A stretch of DNA of 32,000 nt from Alkanindiges sp. WGS2144 (GCF_043950625.1 NZ_CP171007.1), one strand, 5' to 3'; positions 15,987 through 29,988 are shown, counted from the first letter of the stretch. Notes: a model not told the origin generated them from the sequence alone. A program made the numbers and translations.

Positions 15987-17327
15987 TTAATGCTCAGCGA
16001 CTACCGCATCACTCTTAAGAAGCACTTGTAAGCGTGCAGCATTCTCAAAATTGCCGTGTTTAAACAAGGCACGGACACATTGCCCCTGAGCTTCGAAAAT
16101 TAGACACTCAATGGCTAGCGCCTGCCCATCAACATCAGATAAAAGCAAACTCATATCGCGTGACTGGGCAGCCAATTGCTCTGCCATGTCCACACTACCA
16201 GCATCAATCAATACACCAAAAAAGTTAATATTTACCACCTTAACTTCAGGCTGCAAATCAGCAAGCAGGCGATGGCGCATTACATAGGATGTTTGTTTTA
16301 ATTCAACCCGCAGCTCACCACGCCTTTCCATATTTTTCATCTGCTCACGGTTGAGCACACGAATTCCTTCAACCTCAGCAATATCCTTACCTTGTAGGAA
16401 CGCTGCAAATAAATTGATCGTCTCCTTACGACGCTGCAACTGTGGCACATGATCAGCATTTTCAATCATGGCAAACTGCATATCGTTACAGCCTAGCGCA
16501 AAATTTGCATTTTCAAATGGCAAAGTAAAGCTATCAAACTCTCCGCAGGACACCAGCGTTTTACATTGTGGAGTAGGCACATGTTTTAAACGCAGCAGGC
16601 GATTACAGTTGATTTCATAGCGCAAACGCTCAGTGGTCGCAAAGTCAGCCATTTGCCTAAAGAACAAACGCTTGGCTGTGGGCGACATTCTGGTCTGTTG
16701 GAGACGTGCATGATTAATCAGGTATAAAATAACTGCCTGGCCAAACTCCTCCATGCGATCTTCCTGCATGAGATGTAAAGACTCTTCGAGCAGCATACGC
16801 CAGCTGGGACGAGTTTTTTGCATCACACCCATCAACACCAGACGCTCAATCTGGTGCGGACGCTGATCAGCAAAATGAGAAGCGATCACTGAACCTAAGG
16901 ACATCCCCATAATGGATACTTTTTCCAGCCCAATTTCGTCCATCCAGCGACCCAGCATACCTGATAATTCAGGTAGCTCTAAAATACCGGCTGACTCACC
17001 CGTTTCAACATTGGTAATTTGCTGATTCCCACCCAGTGATGGCAAATCAATCAGTATAACCGGCCCACATTCCAATAATTGTTCAACACTGTATTTATAG
17101 GAGTTAAAATTCTGAAAAGCGCCACCAATAATCACAATAGGTGGCAAATGCATGTTGCTTTCCAAAGCAAATGCCACATATTCAATTTTCCAGCCATCAA
17201 TCCAGTGGGCCCGGCTCGGCTCTTTAAAACTATTTCTGGTATAAGTATCAAAAAAAGAATGAGGTTGAATTCGCTGCATTAAGCTGTTGTGCATATCCTG
17301 TTGCCCTACTGCCCACACGGCATTCAT
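15987..17327 (-). CDS. alpha/beta-fold hydrolase with C-terminal PilZ-like domain
   Basis: The protein is 446 aa. The nucleophile elbow is G-M-S-L-G (aa 141-145), with candidate Asp in GEFDSF (~aa 264) and His in NADHVP (~aa 293). The C-terminal ~110 aa carries RRGELR (aa 335-340) and, 25 aa later, NINFFG (aa 366-371), resembling the PilZ c-di-GMP motifs RxxxR and (D/N)xSxxG. Confidence 0.75.
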   Translation of the reverse strand: MNAVWAVGQQDMHNSLMQRIQPHSFFDTYTRNSFKEPSRAHWIDGWKIEYVAFALESNMHLPPIVIIGGAFQNFNSYKYSVEQLLECGPVILIDLPSLGGNQQITNVETGESAGILELPELSGMLGRWMDEIGLEKVSIMGMSLGSVIASHFADQRPHQIERLVLMGVMQKTRPSWRMLLEESLHLMQEDRMEEFGQAVILYLINHARLQQTRMSPTAKRLFFRQMADFATTERLRYEINCNRLLRLKHVPTPQCKTLVSCGEFDSFTLPFENANFALGCNDMQFAMIENADHVPQLQRRKETINLFAAFLQGKDIAEVEGIRVLNREQMKNMERRGELRVELKQTSYVMRHRLLADLQPEVKVVNINFFGVLIDAGSVDMAEQLAAQSRDMSLLLSDVDGQALAIECLIFEAQGQCVRALFKHGNFENAARLQVLLKSDAVVAEH

Positions 17328-17679
17328 AGCGACACTCCCTGTTATTGATGTATTACCGCCCCACGACTCCGTAGTGGCCTGTTTAAGTCATAAGCAGCAG
17401 TTATTCCTTTATATCTGCTACTTATCTTTTTTTTATGACATCACTGTCAGCGCTGCCAGAAGCTCCTTGTCCAGCTATTTCACTACGGGTTTTCTGTAGG
17501 TGTAAGATATAACATAATCCGGTAGGGCATGAACAGCACCTTAGTGACCAAATTTAATTATTTTCAGCCAAAAAAAACTATTGAATCTTTACAAATTATG
17601 CCAGATTGCTAAGCCATACCGCTTTTAGTGGTTTACTGTTAAACTAATCTGCACGCTTTTGTTAATTACTGGAAATAAA

Positions 17680-18948
17680 ATGTCTGGAACACTCAACCAA
17701 TATATGCAAACGTTAGGGCAGCAGGCTCGGGCTGCCGCGCGGGTGTTATCAGGCGCCCCTACAGAAAGAAAAAATGCCGCATTGTCATGTATTTACACGG
17801 CTCTGGAAGCCGGGCGTCAACATATCTTAGAAGCCAATGCCATTGACATGCAGCGTGGCCAGGAGCGCCAGCTGGAAGCAGCACTACTTGACCGGCTGGA
17901 ACTTACACCTGCCCGTTTTGACGGCATGCTACAGGGCCTGAAAGATGTGATTGCGCTCACTGATCCAGTCGGTGTGATTACCGATCTGGCTTATCGTCCT
18001 TCAGGTATTCAGTTAGGCAAAATGCGTGTGCCACTGGGGGTAGTAGGCATGATTTATGAATCACGACCAAATGTGACGCTGGAAGCTGCTTCGCTGGCGC
18101 TCAAATCCGGTAATGCCATTATTTTGCGTGGTGGCTCAGAAGCATTTGAATCTAATCAGGCGATTGCCAAGTGTATTCAAAATGGCCTGCGTGCTGCTCA
18201 TCTGCCCGAATCCTGCGTTCAGGTGATTGATACCGCTGACCGTGAGGCAGTAGGTTTACTGATCACATTAAGTGAATACGTAGATGTAATTGTGCCCCGG
18301 GGAGGCAAAAGCCTGGTGGAGCGCATTACCAATGAAGCACGTATTCCGGTCATCAAGCATCTGGATGGCAACTGTCATGTCTTTGTTGAGCGTCAGGCTG
18401 ACCTACAAAAAGCACTGCCTATCTGTTTAAATTCCAAAACTCATCGTTATGGTGTCTGCAATGCGATGGAAACCCTGCTAATTGATGAGCCAATTGCCGA
18501 GATTTTTCTGCCCAGCATTGCCGAGCTGTATCTGGAAAAAGGCGTAGAGCTGCGTGGCTGTGATAAAACCCGTGGCATCCTGGGAGAAACGGCGGTTGGT
18601 CAAGCCAGTGAAGAAGACTGGTATGCAGAATATCTGGCGCCTATCTTATCCATTAAAATTATGGATGGCATTGATGCAGCCATTACCCACATCAACCAGT
18701 ATGGCTCTCATCATACTGATGCCATCGTTACTGAAAATTATAGCATCGCCCGCCAGTTTTTACGTGAAGTGGATTCCAGCTCAGTCATGGTCAATGCGTC
18801 TACCCGTTTTGCTGATGGCTTTGAATATGGTCTGGGTGCCGAAGTAGGTATTTCCACCGATAAAATTCATGTACGCGGGCCAGTTGGCCTTGAAGGCTTA
18901 ACCTCACAAAAATGGGTTGTGCTGGGTGATGGTCAAATCCGTCAGTAA
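17680..18948 (+). CDS. proA: gamma-glutamyl phosphate reductase ProA
   Basis: I trimmed the track ORF (TTG 17659) to the ATG at 17680. The protein belongs to the aldehyde dehydrogenase fold, has the catalytic Cys block [10 protein letters not shown], and is collinear with ProA throughout. Confidence 0.92.
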   Translation: MSGTLNQYMQTLGQQARAAARVLSGAPTERKNAALSCIYTALEAGRQHILEANAIDMQRGQERQLEAALLDRLELTPARFDGMLQGLKDVIALTDPVGVITDLAYRPSGIQLGKMRVPLGVVGMIYESRPNVTLEAASLALKSGNAIILRGGSEAFESNQAIAKCIQNGLRAAHLPESCVQVIDTADREAVGLLITLSEYVDVIVPRGGKSLVERITNEARIPVIKHLDGNCHVFVERQADLQKALPICLNSKTHRYGVCNAMETLLIDEPIAEIFLPSIAELYLEKGVELRGCDKTRGILGETAVGQASEEDWYAEYLAPILSIKIMDGIDAAITHINQYGSHHTDAIVTENYSIARQFLREVDSSSVMVNASTRFADGFEYGLGAEVGISTDKIHVRGPVGLEGLTSQKWVVLGDGQIRQ

Positions 18949-18973
18949 ATAAAGCCAGCTCTTTACTCAAATT

Positions 18974-19007
18974 AAAAAGCCAGCATAATGATGATGCTGG
19001 CTTTTTT
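18974..19007. terminator. bidirectional rho-independent terminator (proA / prc)
   Basis: The sequence is AAAAA-GCCAGCAT (18979-18986), loop, ATGCTGGC (18994-19001), TTTTTT. The A-run and T-run flanks let it work on both strands. Confidence 0.8.
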
Positions 19008-19025
19008 AGATTCCTGTTTTGTCCT

Positions 19026-21263
19026 TTACTGGCCTGTAGCAACCTCTATAGGAGCCAGTGGCGCGCCATTGGCTGTCAGGTTCGGGTGCTTTTGCTGCAA
19101 ACCAACCATATCCAGCAGAATATTAGCAGCCTCAATGATAAAAGCCTCATCTTCCGGTAATTGCGGACGCTGGGCTGGCTTCATTTTGGCTCGCGATTCC
19201 GAACGGGCATCCAGTGCAGCCTGATAACTCTCCCAGTTAGGATAAGGTATTAGCCCGGTTGCTGTTCTGCGCAAATTTTCTGCCCCAAGTGTTTCAGCTT
19301 CCAGTTCCTTAATTTCCTGTTTACGCACATCAATATTTAATGAAGACTGTTTACGATTTTTGGTCTTATCAGCAATGCTTTTCAATGACTTTAAATAGAC
19401 AAACTGCGGGTCTGTTTCAGTACGCGACACCGACCATTGATTAACCTGCGGTACAAATGGCGCAACCACACCTTCACGTAAATAAGGTGCTGTCTGAATA
19501 GTATCCCACTTCAATGCGTTTTTAGCCTTGCGCTCGCCCAGATCTTCATCATAAATATTCACCAGGGGAATATCCGGCACCACCCCTTTATTCTGCGTAC
19601 TACCGCCGGTAATTCGATAAAACTTGCGCTGCGTCAGTGTCGCCTGCCCATAGGCCAGGCTATCAAGCTGTACCTGTGCCGTACCTTTACCGGTCGTGGT
19701 GCTACCCACCACAATACCACGCTGATAATCCTGAACGGCTGCCGAGAAAATCTCACTGGCAGATGCAGAAGCCAGGTTAACAATCACTGCCAATGGGCCA
19801 CTATACACCTGTTCGCCACCATCTTCGTCACGGAACACATTGACATTTCCGTTACCATCACGAATTTGAACTACCGGGCCTTCCTTAATGAACTGCCCCA
19901 GCATGCGAGCCACTTCTTCCAGAGAGCCACCCGGATTGTTGCGTAAATCCACCACAATGCCATCAACATTTTGCGCTTTTAGGGCCACTAACGCTTTTTG
20001 GGTATCCTGACTCACACTTCGGTAATTATTCCCTTCACGGCGTGCCCGATAGTTTAAATAAAATGATGGGATTTCTATTACACCCATCTTATGCTCGCTA
20101 TTATTACGCTTCACACTGACGACTCGTGAGCGAACCCCGGAATCTTCTTCCTGAATAATGTCACGGGTTAGGGTGACTACGCGTGCCTGATTGGCGGCTG
20201 CACCAGTTGCCAGCAAGCGTAAAGTCACTTTCGTTCCACGCTTGCCCCGGATCAAGCCAACAATTTCACTGCTGGGCCACCCAATCACATCAATAATCGG
20301 CTCGCCTTCCTGACCCACGCCAATGATACGATCACCGGATTTTACCTGCCCGGACTTGCTGGCAGGCCCACCCTCAACAATCGTCTCAATGCGGGTATAG
20401 TCTTCATTGCCGCGCTCCGGACGAATAGACACGCCAATACCCTCCAGTGCCAAGGTCGTCTGCCGGTTTAACTCCATGGCCTCAACCGGGGCATAATAAT
20501 TACTGTGTGGATCATAGGTCGCTAAGGTAGCGTTCAGGAATTTTTCCAACACACGGTCACTTTTTAACCGTCCTTGCTGTTCCATCTGGCGCTTATAACG
20601 TTTTTTAAGTGTTTCAATCGGGGTTAAATCTTCTGGCGGGGTGAGATCCTGACCAGCTGCCAGCTCAGGATTTTCCTTTAATGCTGCCTGCTTTGCCGCT
20701 TCCTCTTCCTTGCTAATAGTCAGATTAATCAGCTGTGAAACCAGCATTTTTTGCCAGTGTACCTGCTGCTCAGATTTATCGCTAAAGAAAGGCGCCTCTT
20801 CCCGATCCAGCTCAATAAAATCCTGGCGATGCAAATTTTGTGGTTGTTCTAACTGTTGCATTGCATATTGATAAAAACTGTTGAGCCGCATCCGGTAACG
20901 GTCAAAAATACTAAATGCAGGTGCAAGATTACCTGTTTTTAGGGCAACCCCCAGACTGCTGGCATATTTTTTCTTGAACTCATTAATATCAGACTGTAAA
21001 AACAGCGTGTGATCAGGGTCTAGCGAATCAATATACATGTCTAGAATTCGTTGTGATACCTCAGTATCCAGACGCATATTCAGGTAGTGCTGACGATCCA
21101 CCAGCGTTGCCACCTGGCGAGTGACCAGAGCCTGCTCACGGGTAGGCGCTAATGTAGTTTCCTGCTTTACAGTAGTAGCTGCAATTGCTTCATTAACCGT
21201 ATGAGAAAAAAATATTCCACCTGTCATTAATGCAACAGCACAGGCTAAAGTTTGTAGTTTCAT
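19026..21263 (-). CDS. prc: tail-specific (carboxy-terminal processing) protease Prc, peptidase S41
   Basis: The 745-aa protein has a signal peptide (MKLQTLACAVALMTGG...AIAA) and a PDZ region. S41 catalytic blocks are SASASEIF (Ser) and TTGKGT (Lys). Confidence 0.92.
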   Translation of the reverse strand: MKLQTLACAVALMTGGIFFSHTVNEAIAATTVKQETTLAPTREQALVTRQVATLVDRQHYLNMRLDTEVSQRILDMYIDSLDPDHTLFLQSDINEFKKKYASSLGVALKTGNLAPAFSIFDRYRMRLNSFYQYAMQQLEQPQNLHRQDFIELDREEAPFFSDKSEQQVHWQKMLVSQLINLTISKEEEAAKQAALKENPELAAGQDLTPPEDLTPIETLKKRYKRQMEQQGRLKSDRVLEKFLNATLATYDPHSNYYAPVEAMELNRQTTLALEGIGVSIRPERGNEDYTRIETIVEGGPASKSGQVKSGDRIIGVGQEGEPIIDVIGWPSSEIVGLIRGKRGTKVTLRLLATGAAANQARVVTLTRDIIQEEDSGVRSRVVSVKRNNSEHKMGVIEIPSFYLNYRARREGNNYRSVSQDTQKALVALKAQNVDGIVVDLRNNPGGSLEEVARMLGQFIKEGPVVQIRDGNGNVNVFRDEDGGEQVYSGPLAVIVNLASASASEIFSAAVQDYQRGIVVGSTTTGKGTAQVQLDSLAYGQATLTQRKFYRITGGSTQNKGVVPDIPLVNIYDEDLGERKAKNALKWDTIQTAPYLREGVVAPFVPQVNQWSVSRTETDPQFVYLKSLKSIADKTKNRKQSSLNIDVRKQEIKELEAETLGAENLRRTATGLIPYPNWESYQAALDARSESRAKMKPAQRPQLPEDEAFIIEAANILLDMVGLQQKHPNLTANGAPLAPIEVATGQ

Positions 21264-21485
21264 AAGACCTTTGGGCTTCCTAATTGCATGACCCGATTAT
21301 TGTTGGCTGCCTCATACAGCATCTTGCATGCGCTTGCACACTCTAAATCATTTTACGGTGTCAATTACAAATCATACTATCAATCCTGTTTGCTGCATAG
21401 CAGCAAATTCCAGCTGTACAATGTAGCAAAACTGATGATAAATGCGTTATTGTCTGCACCATCAGATTTATTGGATATTTGTTGC

Positions 21486-22499
21486 ATGATTGGCGCATTA
21501 ATGCTGGATATTGAAGGAACCTCCCTAACTATGGAGGATCAAAGGTTACTGGCCGAACCGCAAGTGGGTGGTCTCATCCTGTTTGGCCGCAATATCCAAA
21601 ATCCACGACAAGTGCGCTCCCTGACTGATAGCATTCGCCAAATATGCCCTGACATTCTCATCGCCGTGGATCAGGAAGGCGGCCGGGTACAGCGTTTGCG
21701 TCATGGATTTAGCCACCTGCCCACTATGCGCAGCTTCGGAAATTTATATGAAAAAGAACCAGAGCAGGCCTTACAGCTCGCAGAACAATGTGGATGGTTA
21801 ATGGCAAGTGAAGTGTTGGCAGTAGGCATTGACTTTAGCTTTGCTCCGGTGCTTGATCTGGATGGTATTAGTCAGGTCATTGGTGACCGCGGCTTCCACA
21901 CACAAAAAGAGTCTGTTATTGCTCTCGCGGGTGCCTTTATGCAGGGAATGCACCACGCAGGAATGGCAACAACCGGCAAACACTTCCCGGGACATGGCTC
22001 GGTTGAAGCCGACTCACATATCGCTGCCCCAATAGACCACCGCCCTCTGGAAGAAATTGAAGCGAATGACATGCAGCCATTTATCCAACTCAAAGACCAG
22101 CTGGATGCGTTAATGCCAGCGCATGTCATCTATGATCAGATAGATCCGAATCCAGCAGGCTTTTCGCCATTCTGGCTACAAACAATTATTCGCCAGAAAC
22201 TGGAATTTGACGGCGTACTATTTTCTGACGATTTATCCATGCAGGCTGCCTGCGTGGCTGGTGGTGCAGATGCACGAATTAAAGCTGCCCTAAGTGCAGG
22301 TTGTGACATGGGTTTAGTATGCAATGATCGCCCGGCAGCACTGGATGCGCTCAATGCACTAAAAGAGATGCCTATGCCCAATCAGCACAGGCTCGAAAAA
22401 ATGCGTGGTCAAATTCCACAAATTACTATAGATGAAGTGTTGGAACTGGGACAGGAATGGCAGCTATCAAGACAGGCCATTCAGCCCTTACTCACTTAA
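21486..22499 (+). CDS. nagZ: beta-N-acetylhexosaminidase NagZ (GH3)
   Basis: I trimmed the track ORF (21288..) to the ATG at 21486. MIGALMLDIEGTSLT...GGLILFGRN aligns with NagZ N-termini. The blocks KHFPGHG and FSDDLSM are present. Confidence 0.9.
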   Translation: MIGALMLDIEGTSLTMEDQRLLAEPQVGGLILFGRNIQNPRQVRSLTDSIRQICPDILIAVDQEGGRVQRLRHGFSHLPTMRSFGNLYEKEPEQALQLAEQCGWLMASEVLAVGIDFSFAPVLDLDGISQVIGDRGFHTQKESVIALAGAFMQGMHHAGMATTGKHFPGHGSVEADSHIAAPIDHRPLEEIEANDMQPFIQLKDQLDALMPAHVIYDQIDPNPAGFSPFWLQTIIRQKLEFDGVLFSDDLSMQAACVAGGADARIKAALSAGCDMGLVCNDRPAALDALNALKEMPMPNQHRLEKMRGQIPQITIDEVLELGQEWQLSRQAIQPLLT

Positions 22500-22539
22500 G
22501 CCATATCTAAAACGAAAATTGACTACTGGAGGGTCAGCA

Positions 22540-23382
22540 TTGAGCACAAAAAACTCGCAGGAACCATCGCCACACCGGCATATCTCATTTACTGCCCACT
22601 ATACCGGTTATATTTGGTATTTACTGGGTATTTCGCATGAGCGACTTGCCACCCCAAAGGGCAAGCAACTTGTTACCCTGCTTCACCCTATAGAAATGCT
22701 AGCGGAAAAACTGCTCGGACACAGTGTTCGCTCTACCTTAAAGCTACGCCATCAGTTGATTGACCAGCGTCTGGAACAACTTATCAATCAATATCCCCAT
22801 ATACAAATTATAGAAATGGCAGCGGGCTTATCACCACGAGGTTGGCGTTTTAGGCAAAAATATCCTGATATTTCATACATCGAAGTGGATCTTCCCGCAA
22901 TGGCAACACTTAAAGCGCAAGCATTAGAAGATATTGAGCCAAATGCCCAGGTTTATAGCTATGATATTTTCAGCCCGCAATTTCAGCAGTTTTTAAATGA
23001 AAAGCTAGATCATAATCGCCCTGTTATTGTACTTTGTGAAGGCTTAATTAATTATTTTTCCAGAGATTTAATTGGTCAATTAAGCCAAATTTTAAGTACC
23101 GCTTTCAAGCAATTCCCGCAGGCTTATTTTATCAGTGACTTATACCCTGAACCGGTGCATAAACTGGCCAAAATCGTTTGGCATAGCGGTAGATTACTTA
23201 AGTTCTTATCCAAAAGTCATTTTAACTTCTATTTTGCCACACCCGTGCAAGCGCAAAGCTTCTTTGTTGAGCATGGCTTTGAACAGGTATTTATTCGTCA
23301 GGCCTCCTCTTTTAACAATCCACAGCAAGAAGACCATCTAGGCGATTTTGTCTGGATTATCGAAGCCTCTGTATCACACTGA
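22540..23382 (+). CDS. class I SAM-dependent methyltransferase (leucine carboxyl MTase/TcmP-like family)
   Basis: Family-type blocks are ISFTAHYTGYIW near the N-terminus and the motif I variant EMAAGLSPRGWR. I prefer TTG 22540, which has a GGAGGG SD 7 nt upstream. The ATG at 22432 would overlap nagZ by 68 nt. Confidence 0.65.
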   Translation: MSTKNSQEPSPHRHISFTAHYTGYIWYLLGISHERLATPKGKQLVTLLHPIEMLAEKLLGHSVRSTLKLRHQLIDQRLEQLINQYPHIQIIEMAAGLSPRGWRFRQKYPDISYIEVDLPAMATLKAQALEDIEPNAQVYSYDIFSPQFQQFLNEKLDHNRPVIVLCEGLINYFSRDLIGQLSQILSTAFKQFPQAYFISDLYPEPVHKLAKIVWHSGRLLKFLSKSHFNFYFATPVQAQSFFVEHGFEQVFIRQASSFNNPQQEDHLGDFVWIIEASVSH

Positions 23383-23588
23383 CTGTAGGCTTAAAAAGGA
23401 TTCCCTGCCAGCGCCGAGGCATTTTATGGCGCTGGTAAGAAGCCACTAAACATTAGCCAAGTACCTTGTCTTCCCAATCTCCAGAGACTGAATTTGGCTC
23501 CCCTACTAATTTCTATAACACAATACAATAGATAAAAAAGCAAGAAGCCAATAAGCTATTTAATAACCTTTTTATTAGGAAATATCTA

Positions 23589-23873
23589 ATGCAAATTAGT
23601 CAGCAAGATAATGGTCAAACTGGTTTGTTTTTTATTAAAAATGACAAAGGTCAACAAATTGCCAAGATGACTTATGTGTATCGAGACAAAAACCTGATTG
23701 ATATTAATCATACCTTCGTCGATCCTTCATTGCGTGGGCAGGGCGTAGCCCATAAACTATTCGACGCTGCAATTGCATTTGCTAACGATAAACAACTTAA
23801 GATTATTCCAACCTGTTCTTATGCAGTAACCATGTTTGAGCGGTTACCAGAATATCAGCACCTACGGTATTAA
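23589..23873 (+). CDS. small GNAT family N-acetyltransferase (YjdJ-like, single-domain)
   Basis: The 94-aa protein has the acetyl-CoA binding motif LRGQGVAHKL and a conserved C-terminal IPTCSY block typical of this minimal GNAT group. Confidence 0.7.
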   Translation: MQISQQDNGQTGLFFIKNDKGQQIAKMTYVYRDKNLIDINHTFVDPSLRGQGVAHKLFDAAIAFANDKQLKIIPTCSYAVTMFERLPEYQHLRY

Positions 23874-24140
23874 GACTGTTAAAGGCTTTTTGTTGGTTTA
23901 AATTTTCAATGTACCAAAAATTCACTACCGTAAGGCAGTTTAGAGGTTGCAGTTTATAGTCAAAGACCATACTCCCCTATTGAGCAATCTTTAAGAGAAG
24001 ACTCGCTTGAAAAATTTATGTGTAGATGAGGCAAGAAGAACCAGGAACGAGCCTTGCCCAGTCGCAAGGCCGAACGACGCGTTTTGCTTGTCTTGCACTT
24101 ACTTTAAAGCAGTGCTTTAAAGTAAGCTCAAGGCACGACC

Positions 24141-24180
24141 CTTAAAAAGAAAAGGAGAGCAACCATTGGTTACTCTCCTT
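24141..24180 (-). terminator. rrn operon rho-independent terminator
   Basis: The minus strand reads AAGGAGAGUAACCA/UGGUUGCUCUCCUU followed by UUCUUUUUAAG. The single non-Watson-Crick position is G-U on the minus transcript but C-A on the plus, which supports minus-strand function. Confidence 0.8.
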
Positions 24181-24192
24181 ATTGAATAATGA

Positions 24193-24306
24193 GCTGGCGA
24201 TGCCCTACTCTCACATGGCGAATGCCACACTACCATTGGCGCAACGTGGTTTCACTTCTGAGTTCGGGAAGGGATCAGGTGGTTCACACGTGCTATGGTC
24301 GCCAGC
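24193..24306 (-). rRNA. rrf: 5S ribosomal RNA
   Basis: The reverse complement aligns by eye with E. coli 5S (…CCCTACTCTCACATGG…CACACTACCAT…TTTCACTTCTGAGTTCGG…). Terminal helix I pairs GCUGGCGA with UCGCCAGC. The ends are good to ±3 nt. Confidence 0.9.
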
Positions 24307-24494
24307 ACAACTGGTCGATGATTGGTGGTCTTTGGTGCCACATCTCATCCTGTCCGGTTGCAGCTGATGGATATGATCCATCAGGCTAAGCAATATTACA
24401 GCAAAGGTGGTTGAGTCTGTCGATGCAATGTCTGAATCAAGCAGTTACTGATCTGGCAGCAACAGTATGCTTGTTTAAGGTCTACAACGCTTTA

Positions 24495-27414
<2,920 letters not shown>

Positions 27415-27805
27415 GTATAGCGTCTACCTTAATACCAAGAACGCTTGATTCAGTTTGCTAGTTCTCAAGTTAAATTCTATCTAGCCAACCCATCCATGAA
27501 GAATGAATTAACCAGCTAGCAATCTAACTGAGTGAACAATTTATTTCAGACTCAATTTTACCTTGCTGTTAATGAATCAATCACGATCTCGTCAATCAGT
27601 GATTATTTGTTCCGCTTTCGCAGAAATTAATAAACTATCCATTTATTAATTTCTGGGAAATTCTTTCTTTAAAAACTCAACCATTCTTTCCATGCAAGCC
27701 TACGCGCAGCATATGAGACATATATGTCGCAAGGTCAAATTCTCAGGCAAACTTAAAACACTGTTTTAAGGATTTGCTCTATCAACCACGAAGCAGTGCT
27801 TCGTG

Positions 27806-27881
27806 TGGTGGAGTCTAGGAGAGTCGAACTCCTGACCTCCTGCGTGCAAAGCAGGCGCTCTACCAACTAAGCTAAGACCCC
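27806..27881 (-). tRNA. tRNA-Ala (anticodon UGC)
   Basis: The minus strand reads GGGGTCTTAGCTTAGTTGGTAGAGCGCCTGCTTTGCACGCAGGAGGTCAGGAGTTCGACTCTCCTAGACTCCACCA. It folds as a cloverleaf with encoded CCA and lies in the 16S-23S spacer. Confidence 0.95.
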
Positions 27882-27922
27882 TTGTCGCTGCTGCCCTACT
27901 GTCCACTTCGCATTATGCGATT

Positions 27923-27999
<77 letters not shown>

Positions 28000-28068
28000 A
28001 ACGTAGTGCTTACCTTACTCATATAGAGAACAACTTGTTGTGGATTCTTACCAACCGGTGATTATCGT

Positions 28069-29608
<1,540 letters not shown>

Positions 29609-29828
29609 ATTCCAATATGCCTTTATTCTAAGACACAAATCTGACTCATCAAAACTGACAAATTACTCAAATAAACTTCAAGAAATTTATACCAATTATG
29701 ATGATATTATTGCATCACCCAATTAGTAAAAATCCACACAAGTTGTTCTCTATTCTCTTAATGAATCTTTGTCCCCAGTCCCCCAGGAAACCTAACCAAC
29801 ACTTCGTCAGTGCCGATCAGAGCAGCGT

Positions 29829-29856
29829 ATTCTACGCCGTTTTTAAGTGTTGTCAA
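29829..29856 (-). promoter_or_regulatory. rrn promoter P2 (sigma70-type)
   Basis: The minus strand reads TTGACA, a 16-nt spacer (ACACTTAAAAACGGCG), then TAGAAT. It lies about 220 nt upstream of the mature 16S 5' end. Confidence 0.55.
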
Positions 29857-29960
29857 CCGTTTCAATCAAATATATTTAACAATCAACTTAACTCAAAAAC
29901 TATATGCATAACTTGTTGTTTTTTAACAAGTTCTTTGTATGCAACGCCGCCGTGGTGGGA

Positions 29961-29988
29961 ATTATAGACGATTAACAGATGACGTCAA
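29961..29988 (-). promoter_or_regulatory. rrn promoter P1 (sigma70-type, GC-rich discriminator)
   Basis: The minus strand reads TTGACG, a 16-nt spacer, then TATAAT, followed by TCCCACCACGGCGGCG. This resembles the E. coli rrnB P1 discriminator GCGCCACCAC. The upstream flank is A/T-rich. Confidence 0.65.

Noticed and set aside
21288-21485. The NagZ ORF carries a 66-codon N-terminal extension. Similar extensions occur at 2851-2961 (DUF2147) and 17659-17679 (proA).
   Set aside because: The family-conserved N-termini begin at the internal ATGs. The extensions have odd composition and lie in promoter or intergenic DNA.
24030-24085. The stretch shows a by-eye resemblance to SRP/4.5S RNA (ACCAGG...AAGGC.GA..GACGCG).
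   Set aside because: It lacks the conserved helix 8 core (GGAA tetraloop and AGCA/GGAAG symmetric loop), and the surrounding sequence cannot form the long 4.5S hairpin. The match is probably coincidental.
29751-29828. I searched the rrn leader and the 16S-23S spacer for a boxA antitermination element.
   Set aside because: Only a partial match (TGCTCTGATCGG) lies immediately after P2, which is not close enough to TGCTCTTTAACAA to call.
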